A stretch of DNA of 64,000 nucleotides from Eledone cirrhosa (Eukaryota), in the NCBI GenBank assembly GCA_964016885.1, contig OZ024745.1:98766001-98830000 (forward strand), written 5' to 3'. Below, piece after piece: positions 40,101-52,699 of this stretch (its first letter is position 1; every line of letters starts with the position of its first letter). Both the position numbers and the translations under genes were made by a program. Below the pieces are notes generated by a model, which was given only the letters and a program-made list of their open reading frames with translations, was not told where the DNA came from and did not search any database.

Positions 40101-40190
40101 AACAATCAATATGAAGGCCTATTCCTGATGGGTAGGAAGTTTTTTAGTTTGATATGGAGAGGACAAGAGTGAGATCTATTAATCATTTTG

Positions 40191-40236
<46 letters not shown>

Positions 40237-41313
40237 CGCGTACTTAATAGAGATATATAAAGATGTAAGAGAAATGGAACAAATTGTAATGGTGAACCTG
40301 CTGATGATGAAGTCTGTTGTTGGCCAGGGTTCTGCTCATTAAAAACTAAAAAATACAAACAAATGAAAAACCTAAGCATTTCACTAGAATTTCAAATGTT
40401 GCACAACTAAAGCAAAAGGGAAAAGAAAAGGAAATAAAATAACAGAGAAAAAAAAAATTAATTTAAGAAATATAACAAGAAAATTTAAATGAAAGAAAAC
40501 AAATAAATAAACAAACAAAAGACTACAGTTTGAATAAATATGGTGGGTTGAGGAATATGATAGAAGGTTAGCTGTTTTTATGAGGAGTAGTTATATTGGG
40601 AATTCCTTTTGTATATTCACAATATAATTAAAATGTAGGGTTAAATGTTATTCAATTAATATCATCCACAAAAATATATTTTAATTTAAAAAAAAATATT
40701 AGAGAAATAAAATACACACTTTTAGTGTAATTTGATGGAAAAATTTATCAAAAGCTTTTGTAAAGTAATCGGTAAAGACAATATTTAAAAGAAATTTTGA
40801 TTGATAAAAGTGAAGAGGCATTGGCAGATGGAGGTGAAATTAGAACTAGAATTTTCAAGGCAACTATAAATCATCAGCCTCATCATGAAAAGTAAAGAAA
40901 CAAAGACGAAATGTCTTTGTTATTTTCCACAGAAGCCATGCCAATATAAGTTGACCCAAAAGCTAAGAAAGTATAAAATTGTACGAAATGTTCATGCTTC
41001 TGTCCCAAGCAGGAAATTTCAATTTACGAAAGAGTAAAATATTAGAAACTCAAAGAAGAAGATACAGCTTTGAAATCTTTACTTTCTATCTTTAACTTGG
41101 AAAAGTTAACGTGTTCATACAACATAACAATAATTATATGGGGGATTATGAATATATAGCTATAAATATTATTTTACTAGATTTGTATAAACAATAACTC
41201 TTTAGAAGATATGTATTAGAAATAATTGTATGGTGATTATAAATATTTATTTAGGAGATTTGTATGAACAGTAATTGTATGGTGGATTACGAATATAGTT
41301 ATGAATATTTCTT

Positions 41314-42207
41314 CTTCACCCACTTATTCCTGAGAGGGTTGTGGGGGTAGAGTCCTCAAACACTCCTCCTAGCGGGTCCTGTCAGAATCAACCATTTCCA
41401 ACTGATCCACTGAGCTCATGGATGTTATCCAACTATCTTGCTCGAGGTCTACTCCTGGGTCTTCTGGTTGGGTTTGTCTGTAAAATCTGTCCAGCGACCC
41501 CCCCCCCCCCCACTTTTCCCCAGACATTCTCAATTTAGAGAAGTAGCAGTCTCTTGGAGAGACTCTGATCGATGAGCTATGCACTCTATTGAGTAACACT
41601 ACTCCAAAGACCCTTCCGAGGAACCCCATTCTGGCTGCTTGTATTCACAATCGTATTCTTTCAATCATCACCCAAGATTCATGACCATAGGTAAGGGTTG
41701 GCACAAATACCGAATTGAAGATAGTGAGTTTGGCTTTTACACCTACCTCCCTTCTTCTCATTACTGAATGCTGAAGCTGGCGCATTACTGCACCAGCCAA
41801 TGCAATTCTTGCACTTAATTCAGTCCTCTGCCTTCCATCACTTGTGAACATGGCCCTGACATACTTGAACTTCTTCACCTACTTCATGTAGAGTGCATTG
41901 TGCAGGCTTCCTTAAGAGGACAGATATGATGATTAGCTGTGATATAAGCAGGTAGCTGCCGGATGAATAAACAATCCCGGACTAACAGCGGTAAACTATT
42001 AGGGGAGATGGAGCAATGGGTGACACCTGGAGCTCCCAAGAAAACTCTCACAACCCAGTGATGTAGATATAAAAAAGCTTAGTCTTTGTGCGTTTGAGAA
42101 AGTATGGTGACTGGAGTGAATAAGGCCACCAAAACAGTGGGTTTGAGAAAGTACCAGATTCGTGACTGGCATAAATAAGACCACCAAAACAGCAATATAG
42201 TGAGAGG
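41314..42207 (-). mobile_element. RTE LINE fragment inserted into a degenerate tandem repeat
   Basis: Minus strand KFKY...FTSDG...PTLTYGHESWVM...RIQAARMGFLGRV; flanked by TATGAATATTTCTT at 41300-13 and 42208-21. Confidence 0.75.
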
Positions 42208-42936
42208 TATGAATATTTCTTAAGGAGAAAATTTATAAGAACAATAAATTTTATGGTGGATTATATATACAGTTATGAATATTTCTTTAGAAAATTTGTA
42301 CAAACCGTAAATTGTATGGTTGATTAGAAATATAGTTATAAATATTTCTTTAGGAGAAAATTTGTATTAATATTAACTATGAAAAATGTTTCAGCCAACA
42401 GAAAATATGTTGATAGAGAATGATGTGTACAGAGCAATATGAAGCACATTGTCTCAAGCATAAGTTAGAAATCAAAACAACAGGAAAATGAGTAAAGGCA
42501 GAATAGGAAAAACTGGAAATAATTAAGGGCATTATGGAAATAAAGCATAAAAAAGAATGTTATAAAATAATTGGTATAATATAGTCTTTTACTATATAGC
42601 AGGTTAGTTGATGACCAAAATGAACAGAACTCCATGCTTCCTTAAGAGATATAATACCTATAGTCTAAAAAAAGAGGGATTACATTTCTGAAAATACAAA
42701 ATAATAATCTGGATAATATTTTATAACATACAAATAATACTGTGAAAAACTGATATTGCTTCTAGCAACTTAAATGTTTTTAAAGTTCCATATTTAATTC
42801 TATACAACGGATATCCAAAATTCTACAAACAAACATCCAAAATTAAAAAGCTTAACTAGACAGTTTAATGTCATTGAAACATATTTGCAGAAATATTTTC
42901 TTTTTAAAGGATTTAATTGTGTTGTTTTGATCTTAC

Positions 42937-43111
42937 CTCCGTCAGATTGTGTTAGCTCAGTACGCCTAATGAAGCCAAGGAAACCAGTCCTGGCATAGGA
43001 AGTATGGATGTCTCCAGTAGCAAGTTTTGAATCAAAGTGATCGTTGTGCAAAGATTCATCCCCGTAGATACTGTAATAACCAGTGGCATTGTGGGGGCTG
43101 CTTACCCAAAT
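42937..43111 (-). CDS. DIP2: DIP2 exon
   Basis: IWVSSPHNATGYYSIYGDESLHNDHF...YARTGFLGFIRRTELTQSDG; AG/GTAAG. Confidence 0.96.
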
Positions 43112-43225
43112 CTAAAGGAACAGAGATAAAGATAAACTTAGTAGTGTGATGGTGTCTAAGATAAGAGAACATTAATTGTAACCAAGTAAGAGAGTAGAGG
43201 AAGGTAATCTAAAAGTAAATATTAC

Positions 43226-43300
43226 CTCTCCCAGGTGTGAGTCAGCACATTGACCTTTAGTTTCTGGATTAGCTATTACCACTTTTACTCCTGGAAGAAG
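43226..43300 (-). CDS. DIP2: DIP2 exon
   Basis: LLPGVKVVIANPETKGQCADSHLGE; AG/GT, phase 0. Confidence 0.95.
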
Positions 43301-44050
43301 CTAGAAACATAAGAATAATATTTCATTTAGACATTAACATTTGGATAATTACTCAAATTTCAAGACATCCAACATCATAATATTTTAAGTCTTTTCTTCC
43401 TTAAATTTAAGCTAAATGAATTTAAGAGCATAAATAGTGTGATTAAGATATCAATAAACCATCATAAATCACTAAAAGAAGGCTGTTAACAAGGGATTTC
43501 TAGTACTTTCTTGTATTTCATGCTATTTTATCTTTATGGTGCTCTATTTTTTTTTTTTTTTTTAAAAACACTTTAGTCTTTATTGTGTTGTATCAGATGA
43601 AAGAATATGCACACAAGTTTAACTGAAAATACAATTTTGTGCACAATTCTACAATACTTACAATTCTATCGTAATAATCCAGCTTAATTCTGACTATAAC
43701 TCGTTTTATATGATGATATTTAAACTATATATAAATTGCTTTTAATTAGAGTAGTTTTGAGAAAAATTCCACTATAGATTTATTTAAAACCGCTTCATTA
43801 AGTTATAAATAATAATAATAATAATAATGAAATTATTGTGTACAGTGCTCAGGTGCACTACAACTCATCAAAGGTGCATGTATAGTACATACTCATTATT
43901 AAACATTACAAGATATAACTGTTTTATGAAACATTCTAAGTTCTTGATTATCTGAGGATATAAATATATATATATTGAAAGACATTTAGAAATATAGAAA
44001 CAAAAAGGTTAATACAAAAACTTGACAACTGAAAATTAAGTAATATGTAC

Positions 44051-44170
44051 CTTTCCTGATTCCCGCAAACACAAGCTATGAGGACTTCCTTTCTCAACCA
44101 AGGTTACTCTGTCATTCCTGAGAGCACGCAAGTCAACATACACTGTAGATGGTTCAGGACTTGAAGCACC
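44051..44170 (-). CDS. DIP2: DIP2 exon
   Basis: GASSPEPSTVYVDLRALRNDRVTLVEKGSPHSLCLRESGK; AG/GT, phase 0. Confidence 0.95.
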
Positions 44171-44477
44171 CTGAATGAGTGATTAAATTGAAAACCATAA
44201 CACTATTAATTGCAGATAAATAACTGATGCAGCTGTTATTTTTGAGGTCATTAGTTATAAGTCGTTAGAAAGTTAGATATTTGTTGAGGGTGAATTACTA
44301 CCAAATCATACTTGATTGCAAGTGATGGTTGTAGTTTAGTCATATGTATTGCATTACATGATTAATTAGAACACAAATTATTTTGTTTGTTGGTTTTCAC
44401 ACAATTGCTACACAAAAAAACAATTCTCATCAAAATATATAAATCCAGCTAGTACTTTATAAGAGTTTAGACTAGTC

Positions 44478-46029
44478 CAAATGTAGTGGTATGTAGACAG
44501 AAGGATATCAAATGTAGTGGTATATAGTCAGAAACATATCAAATGTAGTGGTATGTAGACAGAAGGATATCAAATGTAGTGGTATATAGTCAGAAACATA
44601 TCAAATGTCGTGGTATATAGACAGAAGGATATCAAATGTAGTGGTATATAGCCAGAAAGATATCAAATGTAGTGGTATATAGTTAGAAGCATATCAAATG
44701 TAGTGGTATGTAGACAGAAAGATTTCAAATGTAGTGGTATGTAGACAGAAAGATACAAAATGTAGGGGTATGTAGACAGAAAGATATCAAATGTAGTGGT
44801 ATATAGATAGAAAGATATCAAATATAGTGGTATATAGATAGAAAGATATCAAATGTAGTGGTATATAGATAGAAAGATATCAAATGTAGTGGTATGTAGA
44901 TAAAGAAATCAAATGTAGTGGTATATAGACAGAAAGAAATCAAATGTAGTGGTATATAGACAGAAAGATATAAAATGTAGTGGTATACAGACAGAAGGAT
45001 ATCAAATGTAGTAGTATATAGACAGAAGGATATCAAATGTAGTGGTATGTCGACAAAGATATCAAATGTAGTGGTATGTAGACAGAAGGATACCAAATGT
45101 AGTGGTATGTAGACAGAAAGATACCAAATGTAGTGGTATATAGACATAAGGATATCAAATGTAGTAGTATATAGACAGAAGGATATCAAATGTAGTGGTA
45201 TATAGACAGAAAGATATCAAATGTAGTGGTATGTAGACAGAAAGGTATCAAATGTAGTGGTATGTAGACAGAAAGATACCAAATGTAGTAGTATATAGAC
45301 AGAAGGATATCAAATGCAGTGGTATATAGACAGAAAGATATCAAATGTAGTGGTATATAGACAGAAGGATATAAGGATATCAAATGTAGTGGTATATAGA
45401 CAGAAAGATATCAAATGCAGTGGTATATAGACAGAAGGATATCAAATGTTGTAGTATATAGACAGAAGGATATCAAATGTAGTGGTATATAGCCAGAAAG
45501 ATATCAAATGTAGTGGTATATAGTTAGAAGCATATCAAATGTAGTGGTATGTAGACAGCAAGATATCAAATGTAGTGGTATGTAGACAGAAATATACCAA
45601 ATGTAGTAGTATATAGACAGAAGGATATCAAATGCAGTGGTATATAGACAGAAAATTATCAAATGTAGTGGTATATAGATAGAAAAATATCAAATGTAGT
45701 GGTATATAGACAGAAAGATATCAAATGTAGTGGTATATAGACAGAAAGATATCAAATGCAGTGGTATATAGACAGAAGGATATCAAATGTAGTGGTATGT
45801 AGACAGAAGGATATCAAATGTAGTGGTATGTAGACAGAAGGATATCAAATGTAGTGGTATATAGCCAGCAGCATATCAAATGTAGTGGTATGTAGACAGA
45901 AGGATATCAAATGTAGTGGTATATAGTCAGAAGGATATCAAATGTAGTGGTATGTAGACAGCAAGATATCAAATGTAGTGGTATGTAGACAGAAGGATAT
46001 CAAATGTAGTGGTATGTAGACAGAAAGAT
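44478..46029. repeat. 30-bp minisatellite, about 52 copies
   Basis: Unit gatatcaaatgtagtggtatatagacagaa(a/g), head to tail with no spacers. Confidence 0.97.
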
Positions 46030-46099
46030 GTTTTGAAAGGAAATGTTTCAATCTGTAAAGTAGACTATTTCAATTGTTATAAATTTAACATTTTCTTAC

Positions 46100-46270
46100 C
46101 TGGAGTGCAACTCCAATGCACACCCTGCAACCAAAACTTGTACTAACTGCACGTGGAGCAAGACCAAGGTTGGCAAATAATTTTGTAAATGAAGTGGTTA
46201 GTTGAATTCTTGGTCTTTCCTCAGCAATAACACAACATGTTCTCACACAAGACAGATTAATGCCACGGGC
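46100..46270 (-). CDS. DIP2: DIP2 exon
   Basis: ARGINLSCVRTCCVIAEERPRIQLTTSFTKLF...AVSTSFGCRVCIGVALQ; AG/GTAAG. Confidence 0.96.
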
Positions 46271-46377
46271 CTGACAATTTAGAAACAATAGGAAGTGAAT
46301 ATTTCTAGTCAAACAATGATTGGAAAGGGTTTTAATTATTATTGAAAATTTAGAAGCCACAGAGGGAAAAAACTTAC

Positions 46378-46454
46378 TTTAAGGGCCGCAGTGGATGTTC
46401 CCAAACCTTTAGTACAAAGTTCCATAACACCATAGGAACAGAATGTATCACGAG
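46378..46454 (-). CDS. DIP2: DIP2 exon
   Basis: RDTFCSYGVMELCTKGLGTSTAALK; AG/GTAAGT. Confidence 0.95.
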
Positions 46455-46895
46455 CTAGAAATATACCAAACATTATAAGTCAATAGATAAAAGGTATCTT
46501 AAAAGAAACATGCAACATATCAGCCAAGTTAAAGAGAATATAATTAAATAAAATACATCTAGGGTGCCATGAATATCCAAATCTGCATATTTGGACATTC
46601 AGGTTGTTGGAATAATTACTTTTATTGCTGGATACACTTTCTACTGCTAATCATTCAAATGTGAACTAGATGTGGAACCCATTTGGTCAGTCATACAATC
46701 ATACATAGCAAGATAAATATGGGCTTGGTGTCTTGCCCAGAAGGGTAGTACAATTGATGACTTTCTAATACAACAGTCTCATGTTTGCTCTGATAAATCT
46801 AGAGTATCTCAAAAGTCGGAGTGCCAAGTCAAATTATCTACGTAAAAGCTCAGTAAATGATAAAGTTTATCAAAACTAACACAACTAATTCTTAC

Positions 46896-46987
46896 TTTTG
46901 TAGTTATGGACAGCAGTTAACCATACTGCTGGGTTGGCTTCCACTTCTGATGGGGGAATCAATATGGAATGGTGGCCAGAATAAATG
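46896..46987 (-). CDS. DIP2: DIP2 exon
   Basis: IYSGHHSILIPPSEVEANPAVWLTAVHNYK; AG/GTAAG. Confidence 0.95.
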
Positions 46988-47415
46988 CTGAAAAATAAAA
47001 CAAAGAATTAGGAAACAATGAAGCTGTATTCTTAAAAAAATAACTGTGTTGAAAAACTGGCAAACTTATATATAGATCCTTTAAATCTATAATAGCATGG
47101 AGAAAAGCCGATATAAAACTGATAATGAAGATAAATCCTTATATCATATTTATACTGCCATCATCGTTGTCATTTTTATGCCTGCTTTTCCATGCTAGTA
47201 TTGACTGGGCTGGATGTTTTGAGGCAGTGTTTTACAGCTGGATATCTTTCTTAGTACCAACCACTCCAGCTGCCTTTTAACATACATAAGGATATATTAA
47301 ACCTATTCTAGACACACACACACTATATATATATATATATAAAGGGATTGCTTGTGCATTTACCTACTCAAACAGTATAACACAAAGCCAAAGGGGTGGT
47401 TGTATGTGAACTTAC

Positions 47416-47546
47416 CTACTCAAACACCATAACACAAAGCCGAGACCACAATAGGGATCAAGGCAGAGGGCTACGTCTCTGGAGGGATACAGCTCACATT
47501 GGAGTTTCTGAGATCGACAAAGAGCTGTGGCAGCAGCATGAGACAT
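47416..47546 (-). CDS. DIP2: DIP2 exon
   Basis: MSHAAATALCRSQKLQCELYPSRDVALCLDPYCGLGFVLWCLS; AG/GTAAGT. Confidence 0.96.
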
Positions 47547-47901
47547 CTAATATGAAATAAATAGAAATCAAATAAAATTATTGAACATAGATATATGTAT
47601 ATGTAAAGAAAACTTCAAATTGGGGTTTAATATTTAATTGAGTTTTACAACACTTCACCATCAGTTTCATGTGTTCAGATTATGATATTAAATAAAATTC
47701 ATCCAAAATTTAAAAAAAACACTAGAATTTATTAATGAATTTTAATAAAATATACATCATTAAGTAGTTAGAGAAAACTGGAGATTAATACATTGATTCA
47801 AGCAGATAAAATATCATTAAAAAAAAATATACATGTATGCTCAGAAAATAAAGTTTTTGAAATATTTATAAAGAATAAAAGCTGGGTAGGATTGAGCATA
47901 C

Positions 47902-48063
47902 CTTGACTCCAGCAAGCATTCCTGTAGTTGACACACTGAAATCGAGGTAACAGAGCATCTCAGGTGTAGGTGCACGGTAGACAACTGATAATTTCTTCTT
48001 GCCAAGGTCATCAGTATCTAAGAGCTGAGGCCAAGTCTTGGGATCAACAACAGCACCTGCTTC
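47902..48063 (-). CDS. DIP2: DIP2 exon (degenerate adenylation P-loop of second FAAL-like domain)
   Basis: EAGAVVDPKTWPQLLDTDD...MLCYLDFSVSTTGMLAGVK; AG/GTATG. Confidence 0.96.
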
Positions 48064-48516
48064 CTGATAATTAAATGAAATACAAACTTTGTTAATAATG
48101 GTACTCTGAATAAAAGCTACTGGCGTGTCTATACTAAAGATGCTGGAACTATTTTTTTTACAAAAAGAATAAGAGTGTTATTTAAAATTCTTTAAACAAA
48201 ATATTGCAATCCCAAATAAAGAAAAGTATATATATATATTCTTGAAAAGATTGTACTGTCTACTTTCTGGCATAAAAATAGTGGGTCAACTGATCTAGTT
48301 GTTTTATAAGAGTTAATGACTAAATTATTACAGTGATACAACATGTGTTTTAGTAAGAAAAGCAAATGTATCTGAAATACATGATTCAGATACATACACA
48401 AATGGACGTATATGTTTGTAAGCATAATACCAAGCTATGTGAAATATTTTTATTGACTTCATAATCCCCAAAACTATCCAGCAAAATATAAGTGAAACAG
48501 AGAAATGATTACTTAC

Positions 48517-48656
48517 TTTACTTTTCAGCAGTTTTACAATAGGGTTATTTGTAAGGATGGCCACAGACTTGCTTACTTCAACAATCATTCGAACTGTGGG
48601 TAGGGTAGTGGCTACGTTCTGTGGGTGAGGTGGTCTTATTGTAACAGGGACACAGC
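48517..48656 (-). CDS. DIP2: DIP2 exon
   Basis: CVPVTIRPPHPQNVATTLPTVRMIVEVSKSVAILTNNPIVKLLKSK; AG/GTAAGT. Confidence 0.96.
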
Positions 48657-49801
48657 CTGGAAAGAGAACAAATAAATAATGAATAATCTAGTATTCTTTC
48701 TTTCCTCCAAGATACATTCTAAAAATAAATTTTTTGTAGGGGTATGGCTATTCCTTAATTCTCTTAATAAGTGTATCCAAAATCTAAATCTAACTTTACA
48801 AAATAGATTTGTTTAGAATTGTTTCTTTGTGATGCTTATATGTTTGTTAAGAATTTACAAAGTCACATCAGCAAATCAGAAACAACAATGGCATATGACA
48901 TCAAATTTTATGATATATTCAATCAACCCTAATACTTAACTTGTCCTTACTCTATTAACCCAGTGAGATTTGAATTTAGACTGTAAAAATATGGAACTAA
49001 ATACCACAAGCATTTTGTTCAAAGCATTAAATGATTTCTAAGACATACATTTATAAGTGATAAATTATTTTTTGGAGAAGGGGCATAGTTAATTAGAGAA
49101 ACACCCACTTAACCATTACATCAATAAATATTAATATGAACAACAATGATTTGCATCTCCCAGATAGGGACTGCTGCCATTTTTCTGGTTGTCTGGCATC
49201 CTGTTCACTCTTTTATTCATGATCTCTAATTCCATCTGTAGATATTTAAATAATGTGAATTTCAATATCATCTATGATATTCCATATGATAGATAGCATA
49301 TGACTTGATATTGTTATTGAATAAATCTAAAGATTTATGTTAGATCCACATTGCTTACTATTGGAATTGTACAAGGAAATGATGAGAAGGATGAGGATCT
49401 TAAAATTATAAATAGGAGCTGATTAAAGCTGCGCTGAGATCTTTTGGAGTGCTCCTTAAGAGATGAGAAAGATGATTACCTATGAATAATTGAAATTAGG
49501 AGGGAACTCCTGAAACAATTTGGTTGTAATTTTCTTTTGAAGGCCTCAAGTGAATTATCTTAATACATAGTGAATAAAACATAATATTGAAACTATCAAT
49601 AGCAGTAACAACAATGTTATATAGACCAATGAGGAAACATCTATGCAGTCACATGGCCTGTAAGAAATTGCAGTCAAATCTTCCTCAAATACCGAGGCTA
49701 CTCAACATCATCATCATCACCGTTTTAAGTCCGTTCTTCCATGCTAGCATGTGTTAGACGGAAACAACAATATAATAAAGCACTAAAAATTCCTTACTCA
49801 C

Positions 49802-49843
49802 CCACAAAAAGGCAGCCATAAAATGCAGTAACTAAGTCCAGCC
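49802..49843 (-). CDS. DIP2: DIP2 short exon (42 nt)
   Basis: (G)LDLVTAFYGCLFV(G); AG/GTGAGT, symmetric phase 1, fills the expected gap between YPP and CVPV. Confidence 0.93.
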
Positions 49844-49996
49844 CTATTTAAAATAAAAATAAAAGAGAATATTAAGAAAAATAGTACTGTAATTAAAGTT
49901 AAATATAATGGTAAATATTCCAGTTGTTTGTATGAAATATATCATAATTATAGATAAATAGAATCTTTGAAAAACTATATATCAGGGTTAATTCAC

Positions 49997-50120
49997 CTGG
50001 TGGGTAAACCAAAGCCACATGGTCTCCTGTGTTGAGACGACCCTTCTCCATCAGTAGGCAACCAATGCGTTCAGCCTTCTTATGTAATTGTGAGCAAGTC
50101 ATCACAAGTGCAGGTTGCAC
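49997..50120 (-). CDS. DIP2: DIP2 exon
   Basis: VQPALVMTCSQLHKKAERIGCLLMEKGRLNTGDHVALVYPP; AG/GT. Confidence 0.95.
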
Positions 50121-50284
50121 CTAGAATTAAGATAAAGTAAAAAGATAAAAATTTACAGAAGGAAAAAGCAAAGAGCTGCCACTTCCTCTGCCCCACAAAA
50201 TTTGTCTTCAACAACATACATCAAAAGAGACAAGTTACTCCATTAACAATTCTTTATAAAATGCACACAAGCTACAATCAGTTG

Positions 50285-50880
50285 GAACTAAGATATATGT
50301 TACCTCTGTGGTATAGAACACATCATAAGTATCAGGACTAAGATTATATGTTACCTCTGTAGTATGGAACATCATAAGTATCAGGACTAAGATATATGTT
50401 ACTACTGTAGTATGGAACATCATAAATGTCAGGATTAAGATGTATGTTACTACTGTAGTATGAACACCTCATAAGTGTCATGACTAAGATATATGTTACC
50501 TCTGTAGTATGGGAGACATCTTAAGTGTCAGGACTAAGGTATATGTTACCACTATAGTATGGGAGACATCTTAAGTGTCAGGACTAAGGTATATGTTACC
50601 ACTATAGTATGGGAGACATCATAAATGTCAGGACTAAGGTATATGTTACCACTATAGTATGGGAGACATCATAAATGTCAGGACTAAGGTATATGTTACC
50701 ACTATAGTATGGGAGACATCATAAATGTCAGGACTAAGGTATATGTTACCACTATAGTATGGGAGACATCATAAATGTCAGGACTAAGGTATATGTTACC
50801 ACTATAGTATGGGAGACATCTTAAGTGTCAGGACTAAGGTATATGTTACCACTGTAGAATGGGAGACATCATAAGTGCTA
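50285..50880. repeat. 50-bp minisatellite, about 12 copies
   Basis: Unit gggagacatcataaatgtcaggactaaggtatatgttaccactatagtat; homogeneous on the right, diverged on the left. Confidence 0.95.
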
Positions 50881-51710
50881 AGACTACTATTGTCACACCT
50901 TTACATATTTTGTTAAGGCGGCAATGGCGTAACCACTAGAAGACTTCACAATATTCATTTTGGCTCTCTGTGCTCTGAGTTTAAAATCTACTGGGGTCAA
51001 CATTATCTTTCATACTTTCAAGGTCAATAAAAAAAGTACCAGTCCAAGATTGATGTTCATTCTTCCTCTATATATCTTTTTCATTTCCTCTCTACCACTC
51101 TCTCTCTCTCCTTCTCTGGAAGATATCAGTTGTATTTAGACCTGGAGAATAGATGGGCTCTACTAGGTTTAAAATGACCACAGACACACTGTATATCATT
51201 ATGGTGCGTCTACAACTCAAGCAGGTGTTACAGTTTCATACATACATATTTTGTTGACACCTGACGTCTAGACCCATACATTAGATAGAAGATTTCTGCA
51301 TTTATTTATTTATATGTGAAACAAATTTTTAGATGCTACAATTGGCACCTTCTCAGTGGATAGAATACGTTTCAAGATTGAAGAACGCAAAAGCCTCATT
51401 ATTCTCAGCAACAGATTAAAGTTAAAGTCTGTTCAAGCTCGGAGGCCCACCAAGCTAGAACTTATCCTGGTTTCATTGTGGGGTTAGCCTCCATTTGTTG
51501 CTATTATTCATTTTAAGTCTGATGGACTAGAGCAATGTGAAACCTGGTCTAGAAATGAAACCCACAACATTATGATCATAAGTCCAAAACCCTAACTAGT
51601 AGTCTATGTACCTTCACACTTTCATACAGGGCTGATGTTTATGAATGCATGAACTAAAAGAAGAATTTAAGTATTTTTTCCATTATTCAATGTCAGAAAT
51701 GTGTTTTTAC

Positions 51711-51791
51711 CTTTGAATTGAGCAAAGTGAAAACAATATGGTCTGGGTTTGATTGTGACCGCCATCGAAGGATCTCTGTCAGGAATTGATG
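51711..51791 (-). CDS. DIP2: DIP2 exon
   Basis: HQFLTEILRWRSQSNPDHIVFTLLNSK; AG/GT, phase 0. Confidence 0.94.
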
Positions 51792-52339
51792 CTGGAAAGG
51801 AAAGGAAAGGAAAAAGTATGATTTAATTCTTAACATCCTGCCATGATATAACAGAAACTATCTAAAAACTGGGTTTGTTAATTCAAATGTATATAATATT
51901 TTTACTAGTGAAAATTTGCAGTATTATCTCTTAACATACTGCAACAATTTAGCAGAAAATATCTAAAAACAGGGTTTGTTAATCCAAATGTTTATTGTAT
52001 CTTTGCGAGTGGACTATCTGATGTAAAAATTTGCAGTGTGAACTCTTAAAATCCAGCAATTATTTAGCTGAAAATATCTAAAAACAAGTTACACATTTAC
52101 ACCTCTCCAAGACAATGTCACTGGAGCGAGACCTATGGTGGTACTCAGTAATAGAGAAGACCCGCCTTACCTAAATACAAAGTAAAACCTACTACAGTCA
52201 GTAGGCATCTCTAACAAAATACACCCCCGTCCCACCACCTCCACCCCATCCACACCGCCCCTTTCAATGTAAAGTTATGTTGGTGCCACACCATCCAGGC
52301 CGAAACAAAGGAGATCGTGTAGGTGTCACGACAAAAAAA

Positions 52340-52657
52340 CACACAGTCCACGCTGTAATGTGACCGTGTAGGCAACACGGTAAAAACCTCCCAGCCCCAC
52401 ACTGTAAATGTGGTTGGTGTTAGGAAGGGCATCCAGCTGTAGAAAACCCGCCAGACAGTCCACGCTGTAATGTGGCCGTGTAGGCAACCCGGTAAAAACC
52501 TCCCAGCCCCACACTGTAAATGTGGTTGGTGTTAGGAAGGGCATCCAGCTGTAGAAAACCCGCCAGACAGTCCTATGCGAGCAATGACAACCACTCTTGC
52601 CTCAAGTGGGAAAACTCCCGTCCAAACCCATGCAAGCGTGGAACATGGACGTTAAAC

Positions 52658-52697
<40 letters not shown>
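52340..52697 (+). mobile_element. SINE with (GAT)n tail and internal 112-bp tandem duplication
   Basis: ggttggtgttaggaagggcatccagctgtagaaa core twice (period 112), aacccatgcaagcgtggaa...gttaaac(gat)n tail; relatives at about 10480-10640, 14335-14515, 53990-54130, 58660-58817. Confidence 0.75.

Positions 52698-52699
<2 letters not shown>

Noticed and set aside
44478-46029. CRISPR-like regular array
   Set aside because: Units are contiguous with no unique spacers, no cas genes, and it lies in a eukaryotic intron
50285-50880. CRISPR-like 50-bp array
   Set aside because: Whole unit repeats; a plain minisatellite
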